From the NCBI GenBank assembly GCA_047947115.1, contig CP170459.1, forward strand, positions 4,992,001-5,056,000: a stretch of 64,000 nucleotides of DNA, given 5' to 3'. Below, one piece after another: positions 40,918 through 50,279 of this stretch. A model generated the notes under the pieces. It did no database searches. It was not told where the DNA came from and saw only the letters and a program-made list of their open reading frames with translations. Source of the DNA: Verrucomicrobiota bacterium (GTDB taxonomy: Bacteria > Verrucomicrobiota > Verrucomicrobiia > Limisphaerales > AAA164-E04). Every line of letters starts with the position of its first letter. Within the stretch, counting starts at the first letter, position 1. The position numbers were made by a program, and so were the translations under genes.

Positions 40918-41827
40918 ATGAATCCTTCAGCAAGAATGCGATCCAGCCGTTGGCCTTTGATGGTCTTTGTGGGGGTCTGCCTGATGCTCGACATCGGTTG
41001 GGCACAAAGCCTTCAGGACCCTGGCATGGGCGGACGCGGATCCGAACGGCTCATCACCCAGCCCGGTCCCGCCTCACGCGCTGGTGTTCCAGAGTGGCAT
41101 GTGGAAGAAGCCTTTCAAGATGACATCTTTACCTTTGTCCGCGTTGAATACGGCACAGGGGGTGGATTTGGTCGACGAGGTGGCGGATGGCGGGTTGACT
41201 ATCCGAATGCAGATTACAATTTCTCCTATCGACTGGAGCAACTTACCTCCATGATCGTGCATCCGGACGGAGCAACCGTCAGCCTCATGGACGATCGACT
41301 TTACGATTTCCCGTTCATCTTTGTGATTGATCCACGCAGTCTGGTTTTCCGGGATCAAGAGGCGAAATCTCTGCAACGATACCTGTTGAACGGAGGATTC
41401 ATGATGGTCGACGATTTCTGGGGGGAAACCATGAAACGCCACTTTCTTGGAGAAATGGAAAAAGTCTTTCCAAACCGAAAGCCGATTTCACTGGAACTTT
41501 CGCATCCCATTTTCAACTCGGTGTTTCCTCTGACAATTAAACCTCAAGTTCCCAGCCAGGATTCAGCAGAGCGCAACAAAGGACAAGGCGCCTACGAAAC
41601 CTACGAAGACGAGATCCTTCAACGGTATGGCGAAGGTCCTTATCCCGCAGACTACCTGGCGATCGTCGACGACAACGAACGTATCATGGTATTGATTTGC
41701 CACAACACCGATCTGAGTGATGGATGGGAGGAAGAAGGCACAAGTCCATGGTTTTTCTCAAGCTTTTCGGAACCTCTTTCCTACCCAATGGGCAATTAAT
41801 ATTGTTCATTACGCGTTGACACATTGA
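40918..41827 (+). CDS. DUF4159 domain protein with a 1-nt frameshift near the C-terminus (in-frame stop at 41799)
   Basis: WRVDYPNAD, YLLNGGFMMVDDFWG and HNTDLSDGWE. The expected ending GINIVHYALTH* lies in the shifted frame. Confidence 0.85.
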
Positions 41828-41891
41828 TTTCGTGACGACGAATAACTGCTTGACAATTGGCACCGAACACCGGCACATAGTCTGACTATTA

Positions 41892-42032
41892 ATGAATAAA
41901 GGTTACGAACAAAACGCATCTCTGATGAGCTGGAAACGCCAAGCTGCTGGCGTCAAGGCAGGCGTATGCTTTTATTCAATTCCGACCATGATTCTGGTCA
42001 CCAAGAAGGAAAGGCAGCAGGAACCAAAATAA
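41892..42032 (+). CDS. candidate 46-aa leader peptide of the MFS gene
   Basis: MNKGYEQNASLMSWKRQAAGVKAGVCFYSIPTMILVTKKERQQEPK*, immediately before a terminator. Confidence 0.45.
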   Translation: MNKGYEQNASLMSWKRQAAGVKAGVCFYSIPTMILVTKKERQQEPK

Positions 42033-42059
42033 CGAAGTAACCCTACTCGGATTTATTTT

Positions 42060-42102
42060 AAAAAACCCTGCTTGCCGATCGCAAGCAGGGTTTTTTGTTT
42101 TT
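42060..42102 (+). terminator. intrinsic terminator/attenuator upstream of the MFS gene
   Basis: AAAAAACCCTGCTTGC-cgatc-GCAAGCAGGGTTTTTT. Confidence 0.85.
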
Positions 42103-42128
42103 AAACCAAGAGGTTTCTCTCACCGAAA

Positions 42129-43388
42129 ATGAAAAACAAGGAACCCAAACCGAAACCCTCATCTCAATCCATAATGAGCCTGGCATCCAGCCTCCCCGCT
42201 TCCGTATGGGTTGTTTTGGCAGGGATGTTCATCAACCGATTCGGGACGTTTGTCATTCCCTTTCTTGGGCTGCATTTGCGCAAGTCGGGCTATACCGAGT
42301 CCCAAGCAGGGATCGCGCTGGCGTGCTATGGCGTGGGTCACTTTGCTTCCTCCATCATCGGCGGCTACATGGCGGATGCTTTGGGGCGCCGACGTTCCAT
42401 CCTGGTCAGCATGGCCTTGGGTGCCATCGCCATCTGGACTTTGTCGAACGTCACCCACATCGTATTGATCAGTGTTTGCGCCTGTTTGGCAGGCTTGACC
42501 GCCGAGATGTACCGTCCATCGGCCAGCGCTCTTATCGCAGACGAAGTGCCCGAGGAGGAACGCGTCACCGTGTTTGCGATGTTGAGATTCTGCATCAACC
42601 TGGGATGGTGCCTGGGCCCGGCCACCGGCGGCTGGTTGGCGACTCATTCATTCATCTGGTTGTTTCGACTGGACGCCATCACCTGCGTGGCCTTCGGGTT
42701 ATTGGCATGGAAATGGTTGCCGCGTTCGGAAAAAACCCATGTGGTGATGAAAAGCATATCGGACATCCCAAGAGGGTTAGTGGATCAATTCCGCATCACC
42801 ATGAAGCACACGGAATTCAGACGCCTGATATATGCCAATGTCTTGGTGGCTTTCTGCTTCATTCAATGGATCAGCACCCTGGGCATTGCCATGGAACAAG
42901 CGGGACTTCCTTCGTCATACTATGGAATCATCCTGGGTTTGAACGGCGTCATGATCGTTTTGATGGAGATCCCCTTGTCGACATGGACGCGTCGCTTCAA
43001 TCCTGCATGGATGATGAGTTGTGGCTACGCATTGATCGGTCTATCGGCCTGCCTGTTGGCCTTGCCAAAATCCATGCCCATCTTTTTGATTGGCATGGCG
43101 GTATTTACCATTGGAGAGATGATCAGTCTCCCCGTTTGTATGGCCTATGTGAGCAAGATATCCGATCCATCCCAACGAGGACGATTCATGGGGATGAATG
43201 GAGTGTCATGGTCCTTCTCGTTCGCTGTCGGCCCGAGTATAGGAATCATGATGTGCAACCAGTTTCCCAATGGCTTTTGGGCTGGTGTCGGGATTTTGGG
43301 ATTATTATCAGGCTACATCCTGATCGCTCCTCAAGCAAAACGCGAAGGTGAAAAAGCACGTGTATCCAAATGCGGTGTCACACCCTGA
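42129..43388 (+). CDS. MFS transporter (drug-efflux/MdtH-like)
   Basis: About 12 TM segments, motif A GGYMADALGRRRS, GMFINRFGTFVIPFL. Confidence 0.9.
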   Translation: MKNKEPKPKPSSQSIMSLASSLPASVWVVLAGMFINRFGTFVIPFLGLHLRKSGYTESQAGIALACYGVGHFASSIIGGYMADALGRRRSILVSMALGAIAIWTLSNVTHIVLISVCACLAGLTAEMYRPSASALIADEVPEEERVTVFAMLRFCINLGWCLGPATGGWLATHSFIWLFRLDAITCVAFGLLAWKWLPRSEKTHVVMKSISDIPRGLVDQFRITMKHTEFRRLIYANVLVAFCFIQWISTLGIAMEQAGLPSSYYGIILGLNGVMIVLMEIPLSTWTRRFNPAWMMSCGYALIGLSACLLALPKSMPIFLIGMAVFTIGEMISLPVCMAYVSKISDPSQRGRFMGMNGVSWSFSFAVGPSIGIMMCNQFPNGFWAGVGILGLLSGYILIAPQAKREGEKARVSKCGVTP

Positions 43389-44587
43389 ACCAACTCGGAC
43401 AACAAACGCCCCGTGGCTGGAGCCAGACTCAAGCCCAACATATTATGCCCTGTTGCAAAAAAGGTATTTTCCAGGGTCGGGCTTCTTCCGATGACCGGAA
43501 GACTGTCCCAAGTCATGGGGCGCCAACCATACCAAGTCTCAATCACCTTCTCAGTGTGAGGTTCGATCAGGTAAGGCTCGGCCGAATACCGCAGTTGCTG
43601 GATTCGGGCTTCCGGGATCGAGGTATCAAAACCGACAAATTCCATCATGGAACCCAGTCGATAAGCCCCCTCAAAGGGAGTGACGCCGACTCGGTGTTGG
43701 GGAAACAGCATGGGGTATTGTGGACAAAGGTCGGGACGCTCCATGGTCACCGAATATCCTTTGCCCGGCTGAATGGGGATGGAGCATCCCAGTTCCCTCC
43801 CCCATGCACCACTCCAAGCTCCCGTGGCAAAGACGAAGGTATCCGCTTCCATGGGACCTTGATGCGTGATAATACGTTGAAGGCGATTACCCAAAGACTC
43901 GATCGACAAGACCTGGTTGAATTCCACAAACTGGACACCTTCAGCCTGCAAACGGGCTTTCCACGATCGGCAAAGTGTGTCTGGACGCAACATGGTATCC
44001 CCTTCATACAAAAACGCGCCGGCAAGTCCCGGACGCAAGGCTGGATCCAATTCGGGTAATTCGCAGCCTTCAATGCGTCGGGCCTGAACGCCAAACGTTT
44101 TGGTCAGGAGCGCATCGGTTTCGGCAAATTCCTTCATGCCTTCAGCCGTCTGCAGAACATAGAGCAGCCCGGATTCTTTCCATTCGCAATCGATCGATTC
44201 CTCCTGCATCAAACGCCGATACTCCGACATGGAGGCATCGAGGATGGCCTTCAATTGGTGCCCCGCTTCGATCATGGGATGGTGTCGGCATCGCTTGGCA
44301 AACTCCCAGAACCATCGCCACACCTTGCGATCCAAGGTTGGTTTCACTCGAAAGGGCGCGTTGGGTTGAAACAAGGATTTGATCGCAACCCTTATCGCCG
44401 CTGGTTCCGTCAATGGCAACACATGACTGGGACACACATACCCGCAATTACCGTGGGAACAGGCTCCACCAATCCGGCCCTGATCCACCACGGAAACTGC
44501 ATAACCAGCACGGTGCAGATAATGGGCACAGGCGATCCCAATGATGCCTCCCCCGATAATGACAAGTGATTGCTTGGGCGATTCCAT
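43331..44587 (-). CDS. FAD-dependent D-amino acid dehydrogenase (likely D-hydroxyproline dehydrogenase)
   Basis: IIGGGIIG, CSHGNCG, PGKGYS, GWRPMT and GHNMLG motifs. Context with the epimerase. Start at MESPKQ (44587). Confidence 0.85.
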   Translation of the reverse strand: MESPKQSLVIIGGGIIGIACAHYLHRAGYAVSVVDQGRIGGACSHGNCGYVCPSHVLPLTEPAAIRVAIKSLFQPNAPFRVKPTLDRKVWRWFWEFAKRCRHHPMIEAGHQLKAILDASMSEYRRLMQEESIDCEWKESGLLYVLQTAEGMKEFAETDALLTKTFGVQARRIEGCELPELDPALRPGLAGAFLYEGDTMLRPDTLCRSWKARLQAEGVQFVEFNQVLSIESLGNRLQRIITHQGPMEADTFVFATGAWSGAWGRELGCSIPIQPGKGYSVTMERPDLCPQYPMLFPQHRVGVTPFEGAYRLGSMMEFVGFDTSIPEARIQQLRYSAEPYLIEPHTEKVIETWYGWRPMTWDSLPVIGRSPTLENTFFATGHNMLGLSLAPATGRLLSELVQGVTPHLDTRAFSPSRFA

Positions 44588-44601
44588 ATTAGAGAACAAC
44601 G

Positions 44602-45588
44602 CTAAGACTGGTTCGAAGAACGATAAACGCCCCCGACAAAGGGGTCCTCCGGATGTCTTACCAATTTTGCTTCGCTGTAAATGTAAGCATGGCCGGTGAC
44701 AGATGGTAGAATGGTCCCGCCAGGCCCCTCCTGATACGAGCCTACAAACCGACTGCCGATCACGCTCTCCTGCACCCAGGGTTCCCCGGCGTTCAAATGT
44801 CCATCCGCCGCCAGACACGCCAGCTTGGCGCTCGTCCCCGTGCCACATGGCGAACGGTCATAAGCCGCTCCCGGACACAATACAAAATTACGACCATGCC
44901 CCCCTTTGGATTGGGGTGGCCCCATCAATTCGATGTGATCAATCAAACCTTCGTTCGCCCCAGTGATACGATGCGCATCCAGATGGCATCGGATTTGTAG
45001 AGCATAATGGGTGAGGGCCTGGGTGTTTTCAGGGAGCAGAGGCATCGGGATGTCTTTGGTCAGGAAAAACCAGTTCCCTCCCCATGCAATATCGCCCTTG
45101 ATATGACCCACCCCCTCGATCTCCAGTGCAACATCCTTTCGATACCGCCAGCTGGGGACGTTTTGAATGGTGACCTTGTTTTGGCCATCCAGCTCAAAAG
45201 CAACCTCCCCCACAGGAGTGTCGAGATAATGTATTCCGGGCCCGACTTTTCCCAAATGAGCCAGAGTAACGGCCACCCCAATCGTACCATGCCCACACAT
45301 TCCCAGAATATCCACGTTGTTAAAAAAGACCACCCCGGCACAACACTTGTCATTAGAAGGCGGGCATAGCAATGCACCCACGAGAATATCGCTTCCACGG
45401 GGCTCGAGGATCATGGCCTTGCGAAAATCATCGAACTGAGCGGCAAATCGATCAGCGCGCTCGCGCATGGTTCCCCTGCCCAAGTCCGGTCCCCCCTCGA
45501 TCACCACACGTGTCGGTTCACCTTCGGTATGGGAATCGATCACCCGCACCACCCCGCCAACATCAAACGAATCTGTCATACAAAACAT
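44602..45588 (-). CDS. 4-hydroxyproline 2-epimerase (proline racemase family)
   Basis: DSHTEGEPTR, catalytic MCGH and DRSPCGTGTSA, WGGNWFFL. Confidence 0.92.
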   Translation of the reverse strand: MFCMTDSFDVGGVVRVIDSHTEGEPTRVVIEGGPDLGRGTMRERADRFAAQFDDFRKAMILEPRGSDILVGALLCPPSNDKCCAGVVFFNNVDILGMCGHGTIGVAVTLAHLGKVGPGIHYLDTPVGEVAFELDGQNKVTIQNVPSWRYRKDVALEIEGVGHIKGDIAWGGNWFFLTKDIPMPLLPENTQALTHYALQIRCHLDAHRITGANEGLIDHIELMGPPQSKGGHGRNFVLCPGAAYDRSPCGTGTSAKLACLAADGHLNAGEPWVQESVIGSRFVGSYQEGPGGTILPSVTGHAYIYSEAKLVRHPEDPFVGGVYRSSNQS

Positions 45589-45643
45589 GTTTCAGGATTG
45601 AGTCTCCGTATCCTATCTGCACGTTCCGGTGAAACTCACATCA

Positions 45644-46588
45644 TCAGGAGCAGGCATTACCTGCCCACTGAGACCACCATGATTTAAACTGATTCAATTG
45701 GGACTCGGCATAAGTGCGTTGGCTGGCAGACAGGGAATCCGATGGATTGAAATGGCCTTCAAACGCTTCATTCCCCTCCAACACCATCAGGTATTTGTAA
45801 TACAACACAAGATCCGGACCTTCATCGAACGAAGAAAGAACGGTGAAAGCTTCGTCAAGTTCGCGCGCATAAGCCCTGGCTTGCACATCTCCGGCCGCGG
45901 CCTTCCGGCAAAGCTTCATAAAATGCAACACTTCCCCGGGCAGAACATTTCCGATACCGGTAATGGCCCCCACAGCGCCGCAATGAACAAAGCCATGAAA
46001 CACCTGAGTGTCCACCCCTACCAATAATGCCAGATCCGGGTTCACACCCGTGATCTGTTCGGCGGCGTATGAAAGCGAATCCTTTCCTCCAAATTCTTTG
46101 AACCCGATCAAATTGGCGTGCTTACGCTGCAATTCAAAAAACAGGTCCGCCTTGGTTTCGTATCCATAATAGGGACTGTTATAAATCACCGCCGACAAAT
46201 TGGGAGCGGCTTCGAGAATCGAGGTAAAATGTGCCTTCTGAGCAACCGGTGATGTACCACGCGATAGAAGACGAGGGATCATCATCAGGCCTACCGCTCC
46301 AACCTCTGCAGCATGTTTCGCATGTTCGACCGCAATGCGAGTGTTCTGAGCGCCCGTCCCAACCACCACAGGAATGCCAGCCTCGGCCAGACGGCGCACA
46401 CCTTCCTGGCGTTGTTCATCCGTCAGCAATGGCCAGTCCCCCATCGACCCGCAATAAACCACCGCAGACATGCCCTGCTCCATCAGCGATTTTCCGGTCG
46501 ACACCAAGGCATCATAATTTGGAAGTCCATCCGAACCACAAGGCGTCATCAGCGCTGGAATGCACCCGTAAAAAAAGTCTTTCTTCAT
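45644..46588 (-). CDS. DHDPS-family enzyme, likely 1-pyrroline-4-hydroxy-2-carboxylate deaminase
   Basis: GCIPALMTP, CGSMGDWP, IYNSPYY and GFKEFGG motifs, plus operon context. Start at MKKDFF (46588). Confidence 0.8.
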   Translation of the reverse strand: MKKDFFYGCIPALMTPCGSDGLPNYDALVSTGKSLMEQGMSAVVYCGSMGDWPLLTDEQRQEGVRRLAEAGIPVVVGTGAQNTRIAVEHAKHAAEVGAVGLMMIPRLLSRGTSPVAQKAHFTSILEAAPNLSAVIYNSPYYGYETKADLFFELQRKHANLIGFKEFGGKDSLSYAAEQITGVNPDLALLVGVDTQVFHGFVHCGAVGAITGIGNVLPGEVLHFMKLCRKAAAGDVQARAYARELDEAFTVLSSFDEGPDLVLYYKYLMVLEGNEAFEGHFNPSDSLSASQRTYAESQLNQFKSWWSQWAGNACS

Positions 46589-46729
46589 GTGAATCTGTGT
46601 AAGTGATACCAAGCGCCGCCCTCCACCGGAAGGTTGACGCTTGGGAAAGACTAAGAAAACCAAACAAAAATGGGTAGCTAAATCCTCACCAACCTTTGGA
46701 ACAACGTGGACCTGGATGATTGCTTTTTA

Positions 46730-47010
46730 AACCGCCGATTTCGCAGATTGACGCAGATTTTTCATTTTTTCAAATAGGGAATTGCATGAAATTCGGGTAA
46801 GAGTGCGTCTCACCGAATTCCTTAAAGTTTCAGTTTGGGTAAGCGATATTCTCCAGAAACGCAAACGCGTTGAGGCAAAATCCGGCATCAAATGCGATGG
46901 CTCCTGGGGTGACTGGTTTGAATAACAAAGAACCAAAAAGGCAGGGCATCAGATAACAGAAACATCACGCGCCATTAAAAAATCTGCGTCAATCTGCGAA
47001 ATCGGCGGTT
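46730..47010. repeat. perfect 33-bp inverted repeat pair enclosing 215 bp
   Basis: AACCGCCGATTTCGCAGATTGACGCAGATTTTT at 46730-46762 and its exact reverse complement at 46978-47010. Confidence 0.9.
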
Positions 47011-47025
47011 CAAAAAAAACACCAA

Positions 47026-48102
47026 CTAAGGCCCGGAGGTCACTGAGGAGCCGGAAGACATGTCGCTGTTGAGCAAGGTGCGGCCCATGCTTTCGGCCCA
47101 ACCTTTTGCGGCAGCGTAATCCGTCTTGGACCACGTATAGCTGACGCTGTCCACGGCCTGATCACGGATACCCATTTGTTCAGGAAATTGAGAAATCCAA
47201 TGTGCGGCGTCAAGATAATCCCGACCGGCCATGGAAGTGGCCATTTCCTGATAAGCAATGGCCCGGCGGGTGGAATCTTCAAAGGAATCCAACCACTGCA
47301 TGGTAGCCCCCACATTCGACATAGACCAGGTACGAGCCACCTGGCCGGCAAATTCCATGGCTATCGGAGACTGGATCATCGTGTTGGCCCAGGCGTCGAT
47401 ATGAGCCGGATTCGCTACCCGTTCAACGGAACCTGAAATCGAGGTGATCATGCCATTACGAAGCTGTAAATCCTCCATATCCATGGCCCATTGCGTGGCG
47501 CTGGAAGGATCCGAATTCGCCCATTCGGCTCCCACCGAGGCTCCGTATTGAAATTGAACTTCGGCAGGCATCTTATCCAGAAGACCAGCAGCGGCCTCGG
47601 GATCCACTTTGGCATAAGCAGTTGCAAAATCCCTGGCAAAATGAAGGACAGGCCCCTTATTACGTGCTCCATCTTCCCAGCCTTCCTTGATCATAGCGAC
47701 GGCCAAATCCGGATCCGATTGGGCAAACTGATCAGCGAGACTCGTCAGCCCTTCGTCACGCTTGACAGCAACGGGATTCTTTAATGACTCCTGGAAGGCC
47801 GAATCCAGCTCCACCTCCTCCTGCGGAGTTTCATCAAGGCTTTCTTCGCTGTTGGCAACCCTCTTGTTACCCGCTCCGGTTTTTTGAATCAAACGCATCC
47901 CTGATGCACCATACTGCTGCGTAGCGCTGGAGTCAGCGCTATCAGATGCGTTCGAAGCAGAGCCTCCACCAGCAGCCCGCTCAGAACCATCGGAAGAAGG
48001 TTTGAGGAAAAAAGCCACCGCCAACGCAAGGACGACCAACGCTATCAAACCCAGGATCAGTCCTGGCCTGGCTTGCTGAGTATTCTCAGTCCCGTGAGTC
48101 AT
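47026..48102 (-). CDS. membrane-anchored helical-repeat protein (DPxAAxxW repeats)
   Basis: Single N-terminal TM, Ser/Ala linker, repeats DPDLAVAM, DPEAAAGL, DPSSATQW and DYAAAKGW. Confidence 0.75.
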   Translation of the reverse strand: MTHGTENTQQARPGLILGLIALVVLALAVAFFLKPSSDGSERAAGGGSASNASDSADSSATQQYGASGMRLIQKTGAGNKRVANSEESLDETPQEEVELDSAFQESLKNPVAVKRDEGLTSLADQFAQSDPDLAVAMIKEGWEDGARNKGPVLHFARDFATAYAKVDPEAAAGLLDKMPAEVQFQYGASVGAEWANSDPSSATQWAMDMEDLQLRNGMITSISGSVERVANPAHIDAWANTMIQSPIAMEFAGQVARTWSMSNVGATMQWLDSFEDSTRRAIAYQEMATSMAGRDYLDAAHWISQFPEQMGIRDQAVDSVSYTWSKTDYAAAKGWAESMGRTLLNSDMSSGSSVTSGP

Positions 48103-48153
48103 AAATCGAAAGCATGGTCCGGATGCCGAAAGAAGGATTCTTTAAACGCCTAA

Positions 48154-49314
48154 TCAATCAAGACTGTAATAGATCTTCTCAAGCGTCGAAACGACATAGC
48201 TGGTCACCAGGGCCGGATCACGTTCCCACCAGCGACCATTGTCGTTGATCCATGAACCGTCGGCATTTTGATTTTTTGCCAAAGTTGCTACCAGATCCTT
48301 TCGCCAATCAATCTTTCGGCCATCCTTGAGTTCCAAAGTGTCGATATCATAAATGGTTAAAGCTTTGGCCATGGTGTGGTAATAGTAATAAAGCCCCTGC
48401 AATCCCATGGCGGGATTTTCATCCAAGGTGTAATTCTGTTGCAACCAATCCATAACAGCCTGAACCTGGGGGGCGTCTTTTTTCAAATTCGCATAGGCAT
48501 ATCCCAGCATACCTCCATAACTGATACTCCCATAGGACCGCAAAGCAACGCGTCCGGTCACCGGATCTTTGTATTCCCCAGCCTTACTGGAACCGGGATA
48601 ATAGACAAAACCACCTTTGTTTGCCTCATCGTCAGAAGCCCATTCCTGTTTATTAACGGAGGTCAGGTTCTGGCAATTTTGAAGAAACTTGATGGCCGCC
48701 TCGAAATTCAGTTCCTGTCCATCACTTGCAGGTTTATCCTGAGCGACGTGACGACTGTAGTAAAGCGATTCCAAAGCCTGGAGCGTGTTCCCCATGTCCG
48801 AATGCTCGTAACTGGAACCGTAACCAATCCCGCCGTCCATCGGGCTGTCGAGGATCCCCTTTTCTCCGAAATCTCCCTGCATCTTGATCAGATACTGACG
48901 TGATTTCAGAATCCGATCATTAAGATCAGGATCGTTCACCGCGGCCAACGACATCAGGCAGATGGCGGTGTTATAGGTCACCAACCCGATGTTGTGAATA
49001 CCTCCATCCTCATGGTAGCAGGAATCGATATACTTCAAGGCCTGCTTGACCGCGTTCTGATCATTGGAATCGTATTTACCGGAAGGATCACCTTTTAGAG
49101 CGACCAAAGCCATTCCCGTCACGGCAGGATGATCCGTGGTGGACCACCAGCCGTCTTTGTCCTGTGAGGATTCGAGCCAGTTGGTCCCCTTTTTGATCAA
49201 GTCAGCCACCTGCGTTTTGAGTGCTGCTTGATCCGCTGCCTGAACATGGTTGGCTGAGACGAAGCACAAACCAATTAAGGCGCTATATAAGAATGAGAGT
49301 GATTTTGGTTTCAT
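48154..49314 (-). CDS. exported prenyltransferase/squalene-cyclase-repeat barrel protein
   Basis: Signal peptide, QDKDGWW, GGIGY..HSDMGNT, GGFVY, SYGSISY and QNADGSW. Confidence 0.85.
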   Translation of the reverse strand: MKPKSLSFLYSALIGLCFVSANHVQAADQAALKTQVADLIKKGTNWLESSQDKDGWWSTTDHPAVTGMALVALKGDPSGKYDSNDQNAVKQALKYIDSCYHEDGGIHNIGLVTYNTAICLMSLAAVNDPDLNDRILKSRQYLIKMQGDFGEKGILDSPMDGGIGYGSSYEHSDMGNTLQALESLYYSRHVAQDKPASDGQELNFEAAIKFLQNCQNLTSVNKQEWASDDEANKGGFVYYPGSSKAGEYKDPVTGRVALRSYGSISYGGMLGYAYANLKKDAPQVQAVMDWLQQNYTLDENPAMGLQGLYYYYHTMAKALTIYDIDTLELKDGRKIDWRKDLVATLAKNQNADGSWINDNGRWWERDPALVTSYVVSTLEKIYYSLD

Positions 49315-49359
49315 AATGGGTATTATCGGACGATAAAGTAGATTCTACTATTCTTTTTC

Positions 49360-50175
49360 TCAGGGTTCGCTGCTGGTTTTCTTTTGAACAGGAAAAGTAA
49401 AGGTAACCGTCACCGGGTGGTTGATGGGAGGAAGAACAGGCACATTGGCCTTCCAAAGTTCATCATTTTTGAATCCCGGACCAATGTAATTGATTATTGA
49501 ACCGTAGTCGCCAATCACCGTCACTGCGTCTCCGCTTTGATTAGCGACAAAAACGTTGCTGTTATTGACTCTGGACCCCGTGTAAAACCACTTCTCAGCC
49601 TCCATGGGTTTGCCATCCAAATTGCTCACAAACAATTCCTCAGCTTGGTATTCAATTTTTTGTCCATCCTTTTCCCAACGAACCGTCATTTTGACAGGTT
49701 GCCCAAATAATCCTGCTTTTAACATTTCGTTTAACTCGGCGGTCGGAACGATTTCATTTTCTTCCAATTTGCTGAAACGCTCCTTCAATGCATCAAAATC
49801 AGCTCCAGAAGCATTCAACATCAAGGCAAAGACATGAATATGATAGGGCATCACATCCATTTTCAGCACGCTTTCGTGTACTTTGCCATAGGAGGTCACC
49901 AGGAAGTATTCAATTGGCCCCTCATGCATATTGATACTGGCAGGAAAGGTGATGCTTCGTTTTGCCTGATTCAAGCGCACATTTCCAAGCTCAAGCACTC
50001 CGGGCTCCACCTGTTTGATAGGAGGTGGTTCCTCCGGATTGATCTTGATATCTTGAGGGGAAGGTTGCGCGGAGGGTGAAGGTGCTGTCCCAGGGGGCTG
50101 ATTGGCATCTTGCCCGATCACTCTCAAAGCCATTAGCAGCAACGAGAAAATACATCCGTATTTAAGAAAATTCAT
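49360..50175 (-). CDS. YdjY-domain exported protein
   Basis: IEYFLVTSYGKVHESVL, HIHVFALML, WFYTGS and LPPINHPVTV motifs. Confidence 0.75.
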   Translation of the reverse strand: MNFLKYGCIFSLLLMALRVIGQDANQPPGTAPSPSAQPSPQDIKINPEEPPPIKQVEPGVLELGNVRLNQAKRSITFPASINMHEGPIEYFLVTSYGKVHESVLKMDVMPYHIHVFALMLNASGADFDALKERFSKLEENEIVPTAELNEMLKAGLFGQPVKMTVRWEKDGQKIEYQAEELFVSNLDGKPMEAEKWFYTGSRVNNSNVFVANQSGDAVTVIGDYGSIINYIGPGFKNDELWKANVPVLPPINHPVTVTFTFPVQKKTSSEP

Positions 50176-50279
50176 AATGGTTCATTTACACTTACGTGCC
50201 AACGTGTATGCATAGGCACTCAGGCAACTATCTTGACTAATTGACCAATTGGCTCCGGGTCAATGAAAATCCGACAACC

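Noticed and set aside
42095..43351. 418-aa alternative-frame ORF
   Set aside because: Overlaps the MFS gene on the same strand and has no recognisable motifs.
46730..47010. Autonomous IS or diversity-generating retroelement
   Set aside because: No transposase or reverse transcriptase, no convincing target-site duplication and no template/variable repeat pair.
48154..49314. True squalene-hopene cyclase (also considered for 5199-6275)
   Set aside because: Single barrel of under 400 aa, a signal peptide, and no DxDD catalytic motif.
50186..50202. Sigma54 promoter upstream of the YdjY gene (TTGGCACG)
   Set aside because: The -24 half is good but there is no GC at the required -12 spacing.
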